Shown: positions 9,743 to 18,549 of the stretch, piece after piece
Layout of the letters: each line of letters begins with the position of its first letter
Position numbering within the stretch: the stretch's first letter is position 1
From: an uncultured Alphaproteobacteria bacterium
GTDB taxonomy: Bacteria; Pseudomonadota; Alphaproteobacteria; Rs-D84; CACZYB01
Direction of reading: 5' to 3'
Assembly: GCA_934246625.1 (NCBI GenBank)
Contig: CAKQHZ010000002.1
Location: forward strand, 90,001-122,000
Length of the DNA stretch: 32,000 bases
The notes under the pieces: model-generated
Database searches by the model: none
What the model saw: only the letters and a program-made list of their open reading frames with translations
What the model was told of the DNA's origin: nothing
Position numbers and translations under genes: made by a program

Positions 9743-11335
9743 GTGTTAATTGATGAAAAAAGCATTCAAATTGTAAAATCTGATATTATTTCTGAAATAG
9801 AAAAAAGAGTGGAAGATAAAATATTAGAACCAGCAAACGCTGAATTATTAAAAAAGCTCATAAATAATGCAGAAACTACAACGGAAGCAATAGAAATTGC
9901 CAAACTTGGAACAATATATAAAAGAACAGGTTTTAATTTTGATACAAAATGTGAAAAAAGCGACAATACAATAAAGTATTTTAAAAAGAATACAGAATTA
10001 TCTTTTGAAACAAATCCAAATGGAATAACTCATAAACTTATTATTGGGGATAATTATACAGCTCTTTTAAATCTTTTAATTGAATATAAAGGAAAGATAG
10101 ATGTTATTTATATAGATCCTCCTTATGGAAAAGATAATATGGGAGAATTTGCAGAAACAAACTATGAAAATGCAATAACCCGAGATAACCTTCTTTCAAT
10201 GCTTTATAACAGATTAAGAATTGCAAAACTTCTTCTTTCGGAAGCAGGTGTAATATTTTGTAGTATAGATGATAGAAATCAAGCTTATGTCAAATGTCTT
10301 TTTGATGAAATATTTGAGGAAAGAAATTTTGTAGGAACTTTAATACATCAAAGAGCCAAAGGTGGTGGACAAGCAAAACATATAGTAAAAGGACATGATT
10401 ATATATTGGTATATGGTAGTAATATAAATAATGTGTCATTAGGGCGAAAAAAAATTATTCAGGGAAAAACTTATGAAATTAATGGTGAATTATATATAAA
10501 AAATACAGATGTAATTCGTAAAACATTTGGAAAATACGATAAATCTTTAGGTGATAGAAGATGTTTTTATGAAGAATTAGAAAAATATAAGGGGATAGAT
10601 AAAAAAATTGAAATAGATAATTTAATATCAAGCGGAAGTTTATTTTTAGAGAAAAATGATACTGGAATGCATACAATATGTAAATATGAAAAAGTTGATG
10701 ATGCAAAATCAAAATTGTATTCTATTATTAAAGTATTGTCTGAAGATGGGAAAAATGAACTTGAGTCTCTAAAAATTCCATTTGATTATCCTAAACCTGT
10801 TGAAATAATAAGACAAATTATTGAAGCATCTACAATAGATAAAAAAAATGCAATTATTCTCGATTTTTTCGCAGGAAGTGGTACAACAGGACAAGCAGTA
10901 TTAGAATTAAATAAAGAAGATAATGGGCAAAGGCAATTTATTTTGGTTCAGCTAAATGAAGACTTAGATAATGCATTAAAAGAACATCCCAAAAGCGAAA
11001 CTATTAAAAACCAAATAGAGTTGTGTGATAAATATAAAAGACCTCATTATTTGTCAGAAATAACCGCTGAACGATTAAGAAGAGTTATGATGGGTAAATG
11101 TTATGATGGAAGTTCTGATTTTACTTGGATAAAAGATAATGGACCTTTGGGTGATAATTTGGATGTATATGATATTGGAGAAGTTGCAAATAATGAAACT
11201 TCAGAAGGTAAAACTCCATTTGATGTTATTGATGAAACTCTATATGGAAAAGAAAAACTTAACATTTCTGAAAAAATACAATGGGTTATAGACAATTTTG
11301 AAATTACACAAAAAAGACTATCAGATAAGGATTAA
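9743..11335 (+). CDS. mod: Type III restriction-modification DNA methyltransferase (Mod-like, beta-class N6A/N4C MTase)
   Basis: Catalytic motif IV DPPY (IYIDPPYGKD, 10115-10126) precedes the AdoMet motif I FFAGSGTTG, which is the beta-class order. A variable middle region is a likely TRD. GTG start. The stop is 0-3 nt from the res start. Confidence 0.88.
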   Translation: MLIDEKSIQIVKSDIISEIEKRVEDKILEPANAELLKKLINNAETTTEAIEIAKLGTIYKRTGFNFDTKCEKSDNTIKYFKKNTELSFETNPNGITHKLIIGDNYTALLNLLIEYKGKIDVIYIDPPYGKDNMGEFAETNYENAITRDNLLSMLYNRLRIAKLLLSEAGVIFCSIDDRNQAYVKCLFDEIFEERNFVGTLIHQRAKGGGQAKHIVKGHDYILVYGSNINNVSLGRKKIIQGKTYEINGELYIKNTDVIRKTFGKYDKSLGDRRCFYEELEKYKGIDKKIEIDNLISSGSLFLEKNDTGMHTICKYEKVDDAKSKLYSIIKVLSEDGKNELESLKIPFDYPKPVEIIRQIIEASTIDKKNAIILDFFAGSGTTGQAVLELNKEDNGQRQFILVQLNEDLDNALKEHPKSETIKNQIELCDKYKRPHYLSEITAERLRRVMMGKCYDGSSDFTWIKDNGPLGDNLDVYDIGEVANNETSEGKTPFDVIDETLYGKEKLNISEKIQWVIDNFEITQKRLSDKD

Positions 11336-13405
11336 TTGATGTTAGAAGAAATAAAAGAATTACAACAAAATGCTGTTACTAAACTAGTAAAAGAAACATT
11401 AGTAAAGAAAGAAGTTACTTTTAAAGCTCCTACTGGTAGTGGTAAAACATATATGATGGCGGATTTTATGGATAGAATACTTGACAATTCAAGTATAAAC
11501 ATAAGTTCATTACCTTTGTTGCAAAATGAAAAAGGTATTATTTTTTTAGTTTCTTCTTTATCAAAGGGAAAACTTGCAAAACAAAATTTTGATAAATTTA
11601 TAGAATATAAAGAAAAAGGATTCTTTAAAAACATTAATCCTTATTTGATATCAAGTGAAATATCAGGGGAAGAAAAACTTTACATACCAACTGACTATAA
11701 TGTTTATGTTTTACCAAGAGATTTGTATAAAACTAATGCTAGACTTATGCAAGGAGCAATGGAAAGTTTTTTACAAAATATAGTATCTTCAGAAAGAATT
11801 GGAGGTCAAGGAAAAAGTATTATTTTAATCAAAGACGAGTGCCATATAGCTACAAATAATCTTGATAATTTAAGTAAATATTTTGATAAAGTAATTAACA
11901 TGTCTGCAACTCCAAAACTTAAAAGAGGACAAATATCTGATGTCGAAATAAAAGAAGATGAAGCTGTCAATACAAAGCTTATAAAACATGTTGAATGGCA
12001 AGATATTGATGAAGAATTAAATGCATCAAAAGAATTAAAAAAAGTAATAGAGAAATACGAAGAAGTTAAAGAGCAATACAATAATTTAGGTATAAACCCT
12101 TGTTTGATTATACAGATATCAAACAAAGATAAGGCTGATAATGAATTAAACAATGTTATAAAACCTGTCTTAAATAGTAAACCTAATTTAAAATGGATGT
12201 TAATTGTTTCTGATAAAGATGAATATGATACTAATGATATAATGAAAATAAAAAAACTTCCAAAGGAGAAATGGGGAGATTATGTAAAAGAAAACACATC
12301 TAGTATTGACATAATAATATTCAAAATGGTTATTACAGAAGGTTTTGATATTCCTAGGGCTTGTATGTTATATCAAATAAGGGATTCTAAAAGTAAACAA
12401 CTTGATGAACAAGTATTAGGACGAATAAGAAGAAATCCAAGACTATTAGATTTTGAAAAACTAACCCCAGAACAACAGGATATAGTTACAAAGGCATATG
12501 TGTGGGGTGTTCAAGAGAAAGAAAAACAGACTTGGTATAAAGTTGAATTACAAAAAGATTATGAAATATCCAATAATATAAAAATAAAAACTACAACAAT
12601 AGGTTCTCTTACAGAAAGAAAAGATTTTGATTTGAATAAGTTTTTAAACGAAAAAAAAGATAAACTTACCCATACAAGTATATTTGAACTTGCTAAAAAG
12701 ATTAAAAAATCGTCAAATGATATACAACAAATTATAAATGATTATTCATCTACCTATCAAAAATGGTATAAAATTAGTGAAAATATAGATGAATTGATAA
12801 AAAAGAATAATGAATATGTTTGTGATTATTCAAAAAGTATGAAAGTAAATGAAGAGGAAATAACAGTTCCTAACAATTCGGAATATCTTACTACTGAATA
12901 CTATACAGAAATAGAAAATTGTATTTGGAAAAAAAGTAAAGCTTCTGATGATGAATTTGCATTTGATAGTGAAGCTGAAAAAAAGTGGGCTATAATCTTA
13001 AAAAAACTATCTGATAAAAAAGAACTTAGAAAGAAGAATTTATTAAAAGATAAGATATATTTATGGGGAAAAAATTATATACCTAATTCAAAGATAAAAT
13101 TTGAATATTATATGAATAGTGGTATACATTCTTCATATCCAGATTTTATCCTGGTGGATAAAAAAAACAATATACATTTATTTGAGATTAAGAGTTTTAA
13201 TCCATCAAATTCAATAAGAATAGATAAAGAAGAATATGAAAATAAAATAAGAAGTTTGAAAGAAACATATAAAGTAGCATCAAGTAAAACTAAACAATAT
13301 TTTTATATTTGCATTTTAGAAGGTAATAATTGGAATATTACTCGATTTAAAAATGGCGAAGAAAATAATTATAATATTGAGCAATTTAAAAGTTTAATAA
13401 ATTAG
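11336..13405 (+). CDS. res: Type III restriction enzyme Res-like subunit (SF2 helicase/ATPase plus C-terminal PD-(D/E)xK nuclease)
   Basis: Walker A APTGSGKT, motif II DECH (IKDECHIA), motif VI QVLGRIRRNP. C-terminal YPDFILVD...LFEIKS matches a PD...ExK nuclease core. The start may be TTG 11336 or ATG 11339. Ends in TAG. Confidence 0.85.
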   Translation: MMLEEIKELQQNAVTKLVKETLVKKEVTFKAPTGSGKTYMMADFMDRILDNSSINISSLPLLQNEKGIIFLVSSLSKGKLAKQNFDKFIEYKEKGFFKNINPYLISSEISGEEKLYIPTDYNVYVLPRDLYKTNARLMQGAMESFLQNIVSSERIGGQGKSIILIKDECHIATNNLDNLSKYFDKVINMSATPKLKRGQISDVEIKEDEAVNTKLIKHVEWQDIDEELNASKELKKVIEKYEEVKEQYNNLGINPCLIIQISNKDKADNELNNVIKPVLNSKPNLKWMLIVSDKDEYDTNDIMKIKKLPKEKWGDYVKENTSSIDIIIFKMVITEGFDIPRACMLYQIRDSKSKQLDEQVLGRIRRNPRLLDFEKLTPEQQDIVTKAYVWGVQEKEKQTWYKVELQKDYEISNNIKIKTTTIGSLTERKDFDLNKFLNEKKDKLTHTSIFELAKKIKKSSNDIQQIINDYSSTYQKWYKISENIDELIKKNNEYVCDYSKSMKVNEEEITVPNNSEYLTTEYYTEIENCIWKKSKASDDEFAFDSEAEKKWAIILKKLSDKKELRKKNLLKDKIYLWGKNYIPNSKIKFEYYMNSGIHSSYPDFILVDKKNNIHLFEIKSFNPSNSIRIDKEEYENKIRSLKETYKVASSKTKQYFYICILEGNNWNITRFKNGEENNYNIEQFKSLIN

Positions 13406-13460
13406 TAAAAGTATATGATAAACATTAGTTATATAGATATATATATTTCAAATAGAATAC

Positions 13461-14069
13461 TTATTCTAAAGGATTATCAATTAACTCTTGAATAAAGTGT
13501 GTATTTGTATAGAAATCTTCATCTATTTTTAAAGAAATTATATTCTGCCAGTATTTTTTACTTACACTTGAAAATATTTCAATAATTTTTTTGTTATCAG
13601 GAACTTTTATATTAAATTTTGTATTAATTATGACTAGAATTCTTAAACTTTCACTTAGAACAAACATAAAGTCTTTACATAAGCACATTGCTTTATTACT
13701 ATCTTTTAAAGGATGAACAATATTGTCTCTCATAGATTTTATTGCTTTCGCTTCTTTAGATTTAAATAGGTTGTTGTAATCATTTATTACATCTAAAAAT
13801 TCGTCTTTATTACTTAACTCTTTAATTATGTAATCAAGATTAATTTTATTTGATTTACAAGGTTCAATTATAGATTTTGTGGAAATAATTAATCTTCTTT
13901 GGATGGCATAAAATGTATACAAATATTGAAAATTATTTGCCCTGTTAGTTCTTAAAAAATCATGTTTTAACTTTAAATCAAGTGCTATTAAATACATATA
14001 ACTATCTAAATATGCTTTTAATGCCTCAGACCAGACAATTTTAAGATTATTAAAAAATTCTTCTTTCAT
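13461..14069 (-). CDS. Hypothetical all-helical protein with HEPN-type Rx4H motif (possible Abi/HEPN RNase)
   Basis: 202 aa. RDNIVH (codons at 13713-13730) fits the HEPN consensus R-[NDH]-x-x-x-H and sits in the C-terminal half of a predicted helical protein. The gene call is firmer than the functional call. Confidence 0.55.
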   Translation of the reverse strand: MKEEFFNNLKIVWSEALKAYLDSYMYLIALDLKLKHDFLRTNRANNFQYLYTFYAIQRRLIISTKSIIEPCKSNKINLDYIIKELSNKDEFLDVINDYNNLFKSKEAKAIKSMRDNIVHPLKDSNKAMCLCKDFMFVLSESLRILVIINTKFNIKVPDNKKIIEIFSSVSKKYWQNIISLKIDEDFYTNTHFIQELIDNPLE

Positions 14070-14159
14070 TTTTTTCTTTCATAATAATGTTTTAATGTAA
14101 GATTAATTAATTTATTAATTATTTCAATCTTTAATTATAAATTTTCTTTCCCACTGGGA

Positions 14160-14348
14160 TTATTTCTTAGCTTTACCAAGTCTTGATTCTGGATTAAGAA
14201 CAAGGCTTGCAATCATTTGGACTGTATTATTGGAAAGGTTGTATTTCTTGGCATATTTAGCCAATACATGATAATAGATACTTTTCTTACTTGGTTGATT
14301 TTTCTCTGTTATACTAAGATCATCTATAACTCTATCCATTATTTCCAT
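14160..14348 (-). CDS. Small hypothetical ORF (62 aa), possibly a gene fragment
   Basis: Open frame upstream of the HEPN-like gene on the same strand. The frame stays open for 20 codons upstream of the Met with no alternative start. No clear RBS. Confidence 0.3.
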   Translation of the reverse strand: MEIMDRVIDDLSITEKNQPSKKSIYYHVLAKYAKKYNLSNNTVQMIASLVLNPESRLGKAKK

Positions 14349-14574
14349 ATAAAGGCTATTATAACCTATCCCATTTTGTTTAGTTTCTTCAATAATTGGA
14401 TCTCCATTTTAATCTAAAATGTTTTATTTATAATTATGGATTAAATTTTTCAATGAAAAAATAATGTAAAATACAAAACATAGAATAAACCTAATGTTTA
14501 GCGCAATTTTACGGACAATTTTGAAATAAAATGTAAAATTTTGATAAATGAATAATTACCCGTATAGTATGATA

Positions 14575-14688
14575 TTCCCGTGCGGGAAGAATTTAATCAA
14601 TTAAACAAGAAAAGACTATAAATATTACCGAGCGGGAATATTTAGGCTATTTTAATGATAAAAACATAAAATTATTACCGAACGGTAA
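14575..14688. promoter_or_regulatory. Three phased palindromic operator-like sites upstream of hipB
   Basis: TTCCCGTGCGGGAA (14575-14588), TTACCGAGCGGGAA (14625-14638), TTACCGAACGGTAA (14675-14688). Consensus ATT(A/C)CCG-N2-CGG(G/T)AA. Start-to-start spacing is exactly 50 bp. The last site ends 8 nt before the -35. Confidence 0.55.
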
Positions 14689-14696
14689 GATTTTAT

Positions 14697-14725
14697 TTGA
14701 TTATGCTTTTAAAACATGATATAAT
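14697..14725 (+). promoter_or_regulatory. Sigma70 promoter with extended -10 for the hipBA operon
   Basis: TTGATT (14697-14702), 17-nt spacer containing TGa, TATAAT (14720-14725). RBS AGGAAG lies before the ATG at 14749. Confidence 0.6.
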
Positions 14726-14748
14726 AAAGAAAAAACAGGAAGATAAAA

Positions 14749-14964
14749 ATGAAAAATTCAATAGATTTTGGCCGTTTGATAGAAGACTTTAGAAAGGCAC
14801 AAGGTTTAACACAAGCTCAACTTGCTTCATTATCAAATGTCGGAGTAAGATTTATTAGTGATTTAGAAAAAGGTAAGGAAACTTGCCAACTTCAAAAGGC
14901 TTTACATGTTGCAAGAATATTGGGGATACAATTTACAACAAACAATGTTAGTAAGGATAAATAA
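14749..14964 (+). CDS. hipB: XRE-family HTH antitoxin (HipB-like)
   Basis: 71 aa with the HTH LTQAQLASLSNVGVRFISDLEKGK. The stop overlaps the hipA ATG by 1 nt. Confidence 0.85.
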   Translation: MKNSIDFGRLIEDFRKAQGLTQAQLASLSNVGVRFISDLEKGKETCQLQKALHVARILGIQFTTNNVSKDK

Positions 14965-16205
14965 TGGCTAAAAGATTTTTAAATGTGTTCCTTTATGGAA
15001 AAAAAGTAGGAGCCCTAACTGAAACACCTTCATCATCATTAAGATTCACATATGATGAAAATGCTACTGAAGCAATATCCGTAAGAATGCCTATTAGAAA
15101 AGAAACTTATCCCAATAGTTATGCAAGACCATTTTTTGAAAATCTTACACCTGAATCTGAAATTAAAACCTTAATTGCTAAAAATATTGGAGTATCAGAG
15201 AATAATCCATTTTCATTGCTTGATAAATTAGGTGGAGATTGTGCTGGCGCAATTTCTTTGTATCGAGATGATAATGTTCCTTCTGTAAATAATGAAGAAT
15301 TAGTCGAAATTACAGATAGTGCTTTAATAAATATTATCAAGAAATTACCTGTTAATCCATTATTAACAACTGATGAAAATGCTAGATTATCTTTAGCAGG
15401 AGCTCAACCAAAATTTGCTATAGTATGTAAAGATGGAAAATATTATTATCCTAATGATAGATTTCCATCAACACATATTGTTAAAGTAGAAAATAAAAAC
15501 TATACAGGTTTACTTGAAAATGAATATTTCTGTATGAAATTGGCAAAAGTATTAAATATAGATGTTCCTAATGTGGAATTAAAGGAAGTTAATGGATTAA
15601 AATATCTTTTAATAGAAAGATATGATAGAGTTATTCATGATGATAGAATAGAAAGAATTCATCAAGAAGATTTTTGCCAAATATTAGGCGTATTATCTGA
15701 TAAAAAGTATCAACAAGATGGTGGACCATCAATAAAAAAATGTTATAAGGCTATACAAGATTATGTTTCTCAACCAGCTTTGAATGCTATAAAATTTTTA
15801 GATATAATTATGTATAACTATTTAATCGGAAATAATGATGCTCATGCAAAAAACTTTTCTATATTGCATTTAAAAAATAGAGATATTATGTTAAGTCCAT
15901 TTTATGATTTAGTATCTACAGAAGTATATCCAAATTTATCCCATAATTTAGCTATGAAAATAGGTGATCAACAAATTAGTGATAAATTACATTTAACAGA
16001 TTTTGGATTGCTTGCAAAAGAATTAAAAATCAAAGCAAATATTTTCTCTGAAATATTAGCTGGCAAATATTCTAATATCTGCAAATTAGCAAAAGATTTA
16101 GCCGTCTCTTGTAATAAGTTAGAATTAACTAAATCGCCAATATATGATAAACTAGTTAAGTTAATAACAGAAAGATATAATAAATTAATAAAAGAAACAA
16201 AATAA
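14964..16205 (+). CDS. hipA: HipA-family serine/threonine kinase toxin
   Basis: N-terminal VGxL coupling region (KKVGALTE), SLAGAQPKFA, ERYDRV, catalytic loop GNNDAHAKNFS and SPFYDLVST. All are characteristic HipA motifs. 413 aa. Confidence 0.92.
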   Translation: MAKRFLNVFLYGKKVGALTETPSSSLRFTYDENATEAISVRMPIRKETYPNSYARPFFENLTPESEIKTLIAKNIGVSENNPFSLLDKLGGDCAGAISLYRDDNVPSVNNEELVEITDSALINIIKKLPVNPLLTTDENARLSLAGAQPKFAIVCKDGKYYYPNDRFPSTHIVKVENKNYTGLLENEYFCMKLAKVLNIDVPNVELKEVNGLKYLLIERYDRVIHDDRIERIHQEDFCQILGVLSDKKYQQDGGPSIKKCYKAIQDYVSQPALNAIKFLDIIMYNYLIGNNDAHAKNFSILHLKNRDIMLSPFYDLVSTEVYPNLSHNLAMKIGDQQISDKLHLTDFGLLAKELKIKANIFSEILAGKYSNICKLAKDLAVSCNKLELTKSPIYDKLVKLITERYNKLIKETK

Positions 16206-16562
16206 ATGGCGTGGTTTGCAAAAGAGATTAGAGTTCCAGAATTAGGAATAGTGATATATCCGGAGGTAAAAGTTACAGTGACACATTCTCAGTCAATTTT
16301 TAGTTGTTATAATGCAAATAAATATTACAAAGATATTGTTAAAGAAAATTTAAAAGATTTCTATTCTGATCCAATTAATGAAAGAAAAGCAATTAATGCT
16401 TGTATTACCTTATATCATTTAGCTGATTGGTACTGGAAAGATGATCCTAAAAAGCAAGAAAAGAAAAAATCTGTTCCATATAGTTTAGCTTTAGCTGATT
16501 TAGCAAATGCATCAAAGCATTTTGAACCAAAAAGAACATATCTCTCTGGAAGTATTGAATGA
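16206..16562 (+). CDS. Hypothetical protein, third gene of the hipBA cluster (118 aa as read; frame continues past TGA)
   Basis: The ATG immediately follows the hipA TAA with a 0-nt gap. No family recognised; notable residues are LYHLADWYW and LANASKH. The in-frame TGA at 16560 is followed by 34 more open codons to TAA at 16665. Confidence 0.6.
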   Translation: MAWFAKEIRVPELGIVIYPEVKVTVTHSQSIFSCYNANKYYKDIVKENLKDFYSDPINERKAINACITLYHLADWYWKDDPKKQEKKKSVPYSLALADLANASKHFEPKRTYLSGSIE

Positions 16563-16669
16563 ACTAATAAAGCAAAGGTTTTAACTTTAAATCATGGAGA
16601 TCAAATAATAAAAATAGAAGATATGTTGCATGAAATAGAAGATTATTGGGATAAATTACTAAAATAAAA

Positions 16670-18430
16670 TTAATTAAATGCTTTTTTTAATTTTTCAGCA
16701 ATAAGTTTTCTTCTTTCGCTTATAAACTCTCTAAAATCTTTTATATCGGTATATTTAGAAGGAATAAGTTGTTTTTTACAATCAATACTATTTTGTGTAA
16801 TCCAATCTTTTAATGGTTTTTCTTTTTTAGATTCATTATCATTTCCATATAATAACTGAAGATTTAAGATGCTATTCCAATTATTTTTATCCAAATAAAA
16901 TTCTGTATCTTCAACTGAAAGATTTAATTTTTTAATATTGTTTTTACTAAATATAATTTCGGGATGTAAATGGTCTTTATGCTTTATGTCGCGGTAATCC
17001 GAACCATCATATAATAAAACCAAAATAGGAAAGGCATATCTAGAATCCTTTTGTTCAGTCAATAAACTTTCAATAAATTCATCATCAACATTTAGTGACT
17101 TTCTTGTTCCTTCTAACTTTTTTTTAATTTCAGAAATTGGAAATTTTTTATTTTTTGATTCTTTGATTACATCTCTTATATCTTTTAAAATAGAATCTGC
17201 TTGTCCTCCAAATATTTTTTTCAAGAATACAATATTTAACCACTTTAGGATAATATTACGATCTTCTTTATAATTAGTTTTTTTACAAAATCCTCTAGTC
17301 TTATTTTTTACACTTAAATAATAAACAATAAGAGCAACGGCATTATATGATGTGATTGTATTATCTGTATGCCCATAATTTTTTAGTAAAGTAAAAACTT
17401 CTTTAATAGTTGTTTTTACACCATTTTCTGTATTCCAATCATTTTCAAACGATGATAAACAATCTTTAGATAAATTGTTTATTTTAAATCTTACATCTTC
17501 GCTATAAATCAATAAAGCACATCTTACAATAAATTCTTTTGAAAAATTATAAAAGCCCATATTTTTAATTTCTTTTTCCAAATTATTAAATTCTAATCGT
17601 GCATCAATTTTTGACCAACTTGATATAATTGTAGATATTAGTAAATCAGAGAAAGATAATTTTTCCCCACCACTATTTGTTCTTATAAAGATTTTTAACG
17701 CTTTATTATAATCTTCTGTTTCTTCTAAATAGTAATTTATCAATGGTTTATCATAAATAATATTTCTTAATTTTGATATAGTGTCTTGTGCAAATTCATT
17801 CTGAGCAAATTGTTTTATAATAGTTGTTACCATATTTGATGGTGTTTGATAATTGGTACTCAATATGTCTTCAACTTTAAAAAAACGGGAATTTCCTCCT
17901 TTTTCTTCAAATTCTTCTTCTGTAAAAAAATAAAATCCATATTCCCTTTCATCATCATATTCTTTAATAGTTTTAATTTCTTCATCTGTATAGTCTTTAT
18001 ATTTTTTGCAAATATCTAAATATAATTTTCTTTTTGGAAAATTATCAATATTATCCAAACGTGAATAAGCGTTCTTATAAGCATATGATCCTTTTAATCC
18101 AAGATATAAAGCAGTTAATCTTTGTTGACCATCTAAAACAGCATAAAAACTTTGTATTCCTCTAGGATTAAATTGTGTAGCAATCTCTTTGTGATATTCT
18201 ATATATTCAGTAATAAATTGATAATACTTATATTTTTCTTTATTGTCTGTACTATTAACTTTCCAAAAAAGAAAAGAATTAATAGGAAAATCACACATCA
18301 AAGAATCAAACAATAATTCAATATCATTTGTCTTCCAAACAAATTCTCGTTGTATAGCAGGCAATAAAAATTCTCTTTTATCTATTTTTTCTATAACATC
18401 TTTAATAAAAAAAGGAGTTTGAAAACTCAT
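16670..18430 (-). CDS. GmrSD-like Type IV (modification-dependent) restriction enzyme, DUF262 plus DUF1524
   Basis: N-terminal ParB-like DUF262 motifs (LPAIQREFVW, LDGQQRLTALYLG). C-terminal His-Me finger-type DUF1524 motifs (KDHLHPE ... NLQLLYGNDNESK). RBS GGAGG. Confidence 0.85.
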   Translation of the reverse strand: MSFQTPFFIKDVIEKIDKREFLLPAIQREFVWKTNDIELLFDSLMCDFPINSFLFWKVNSTDNKEKYKYYQFITEYIEYHKEIATQFNPRGIQSFYAVLDGQQRLTALYLGLKGSYAYKNAYSRLDNIDNFPKRKLYLDICKKYKDYTDEEIKTIKEYDDEREYGFYFFTEEEFEEKGGNSRFFKVEDILSTNYQTPSNMVTTIIKQFAQNEFAQDTISKLRNIIYDKPLINYYLEETEDYNKALKIFIRTNSGGEKLSFSDLLISTIISSWSKIDARLEFNNLEKEIKNMGFYNFSKEFIVRCALLIYSEDVRFKINNLSKDCLSSFENDWNTENGVKTTIKEVFTLLKNYGHTDNTITSYNAVALIVYYLSVKNKTRGFCKKTNYKEDRNIILKWLNIVFLKKIFGGQADSILKDIRDVIKESKNKKFPISEIKKKLEGTRKSLNVDDEFIESLLTEQKDSRYAFPILVLLYDGSDYRDIKHKDHLHPEIIFSKNNIKKLNLSVEDTEFYLDKNNWNSILNLQLLYGNDNESKKEKPLKDWITQNSIDCKKQLIPSKYTDIKDFREFISERRKLIAEKLKKAFN

Positions 18431-18549
18431 TTAGGCCTCCATAAAATGGTTAAGACTACTATATTATACAAATATTGATAAATCAAGCTATTATATAAAT
18501 AAAAATTTTTATTCATAATGTAATATTATTAGAAAAGATTAATGTAATA

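Noticed and set aside
10447-10454. A8 homopolymer in mod (also A8 at 27784-27791 in tpsA) as phase-variation slippage tracts
   Set aside because: A/T runs of this length occur all over this AT-rich sequence, including intergenic DNA. Both genes are in frame, and no longer or G/C tracts typical of contingency loci are present.
9295-12153. Minus-strand ORFs inside the recombinase, mod and res genes (9295-9534, 9766-9966, 10479-10712, 11101-11295, 11332-11634, 11806-12153)
   Set aside because: They are antisense to genes with clear catalytic motifs, and their Ser/Phe/Leu/Ile-rich composition is what the reverse frames of AT-rich coding DNA produce.
14217-14417. 66-aa plus-strand ORF overlapping the 62-aa minus-strand ORF
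   Set aside because: It has hydrophobic low-complexity composition typical of an AT-rich antisense frame and no RBS. Neither ORF in this stretch is strong, and the plus-strand one has no contextual support.
14450-14700. Regularly spaced repeats that could be mistaken for a mini CRISPR array
   Set aside because: There are only three units. Each is a 14-bp palindrome typical of a protein operator, not a 25-40 bp CRISPR repeat. They sit directly upstream of an HTH gene promoter, and there are no cas genes.
16560-16562. TGA read as a sense codon (genetic code 4 or 25) to explain the open extension after the hipBA third gene
   Set aside because: Genes of up to 2096 codons read through cleanly under the standard code, Trp is encoded by TGG throughout, and tpsA itself terminates at TGA (31583-31585). 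A nonsense mutation or a natural stop is more likely.
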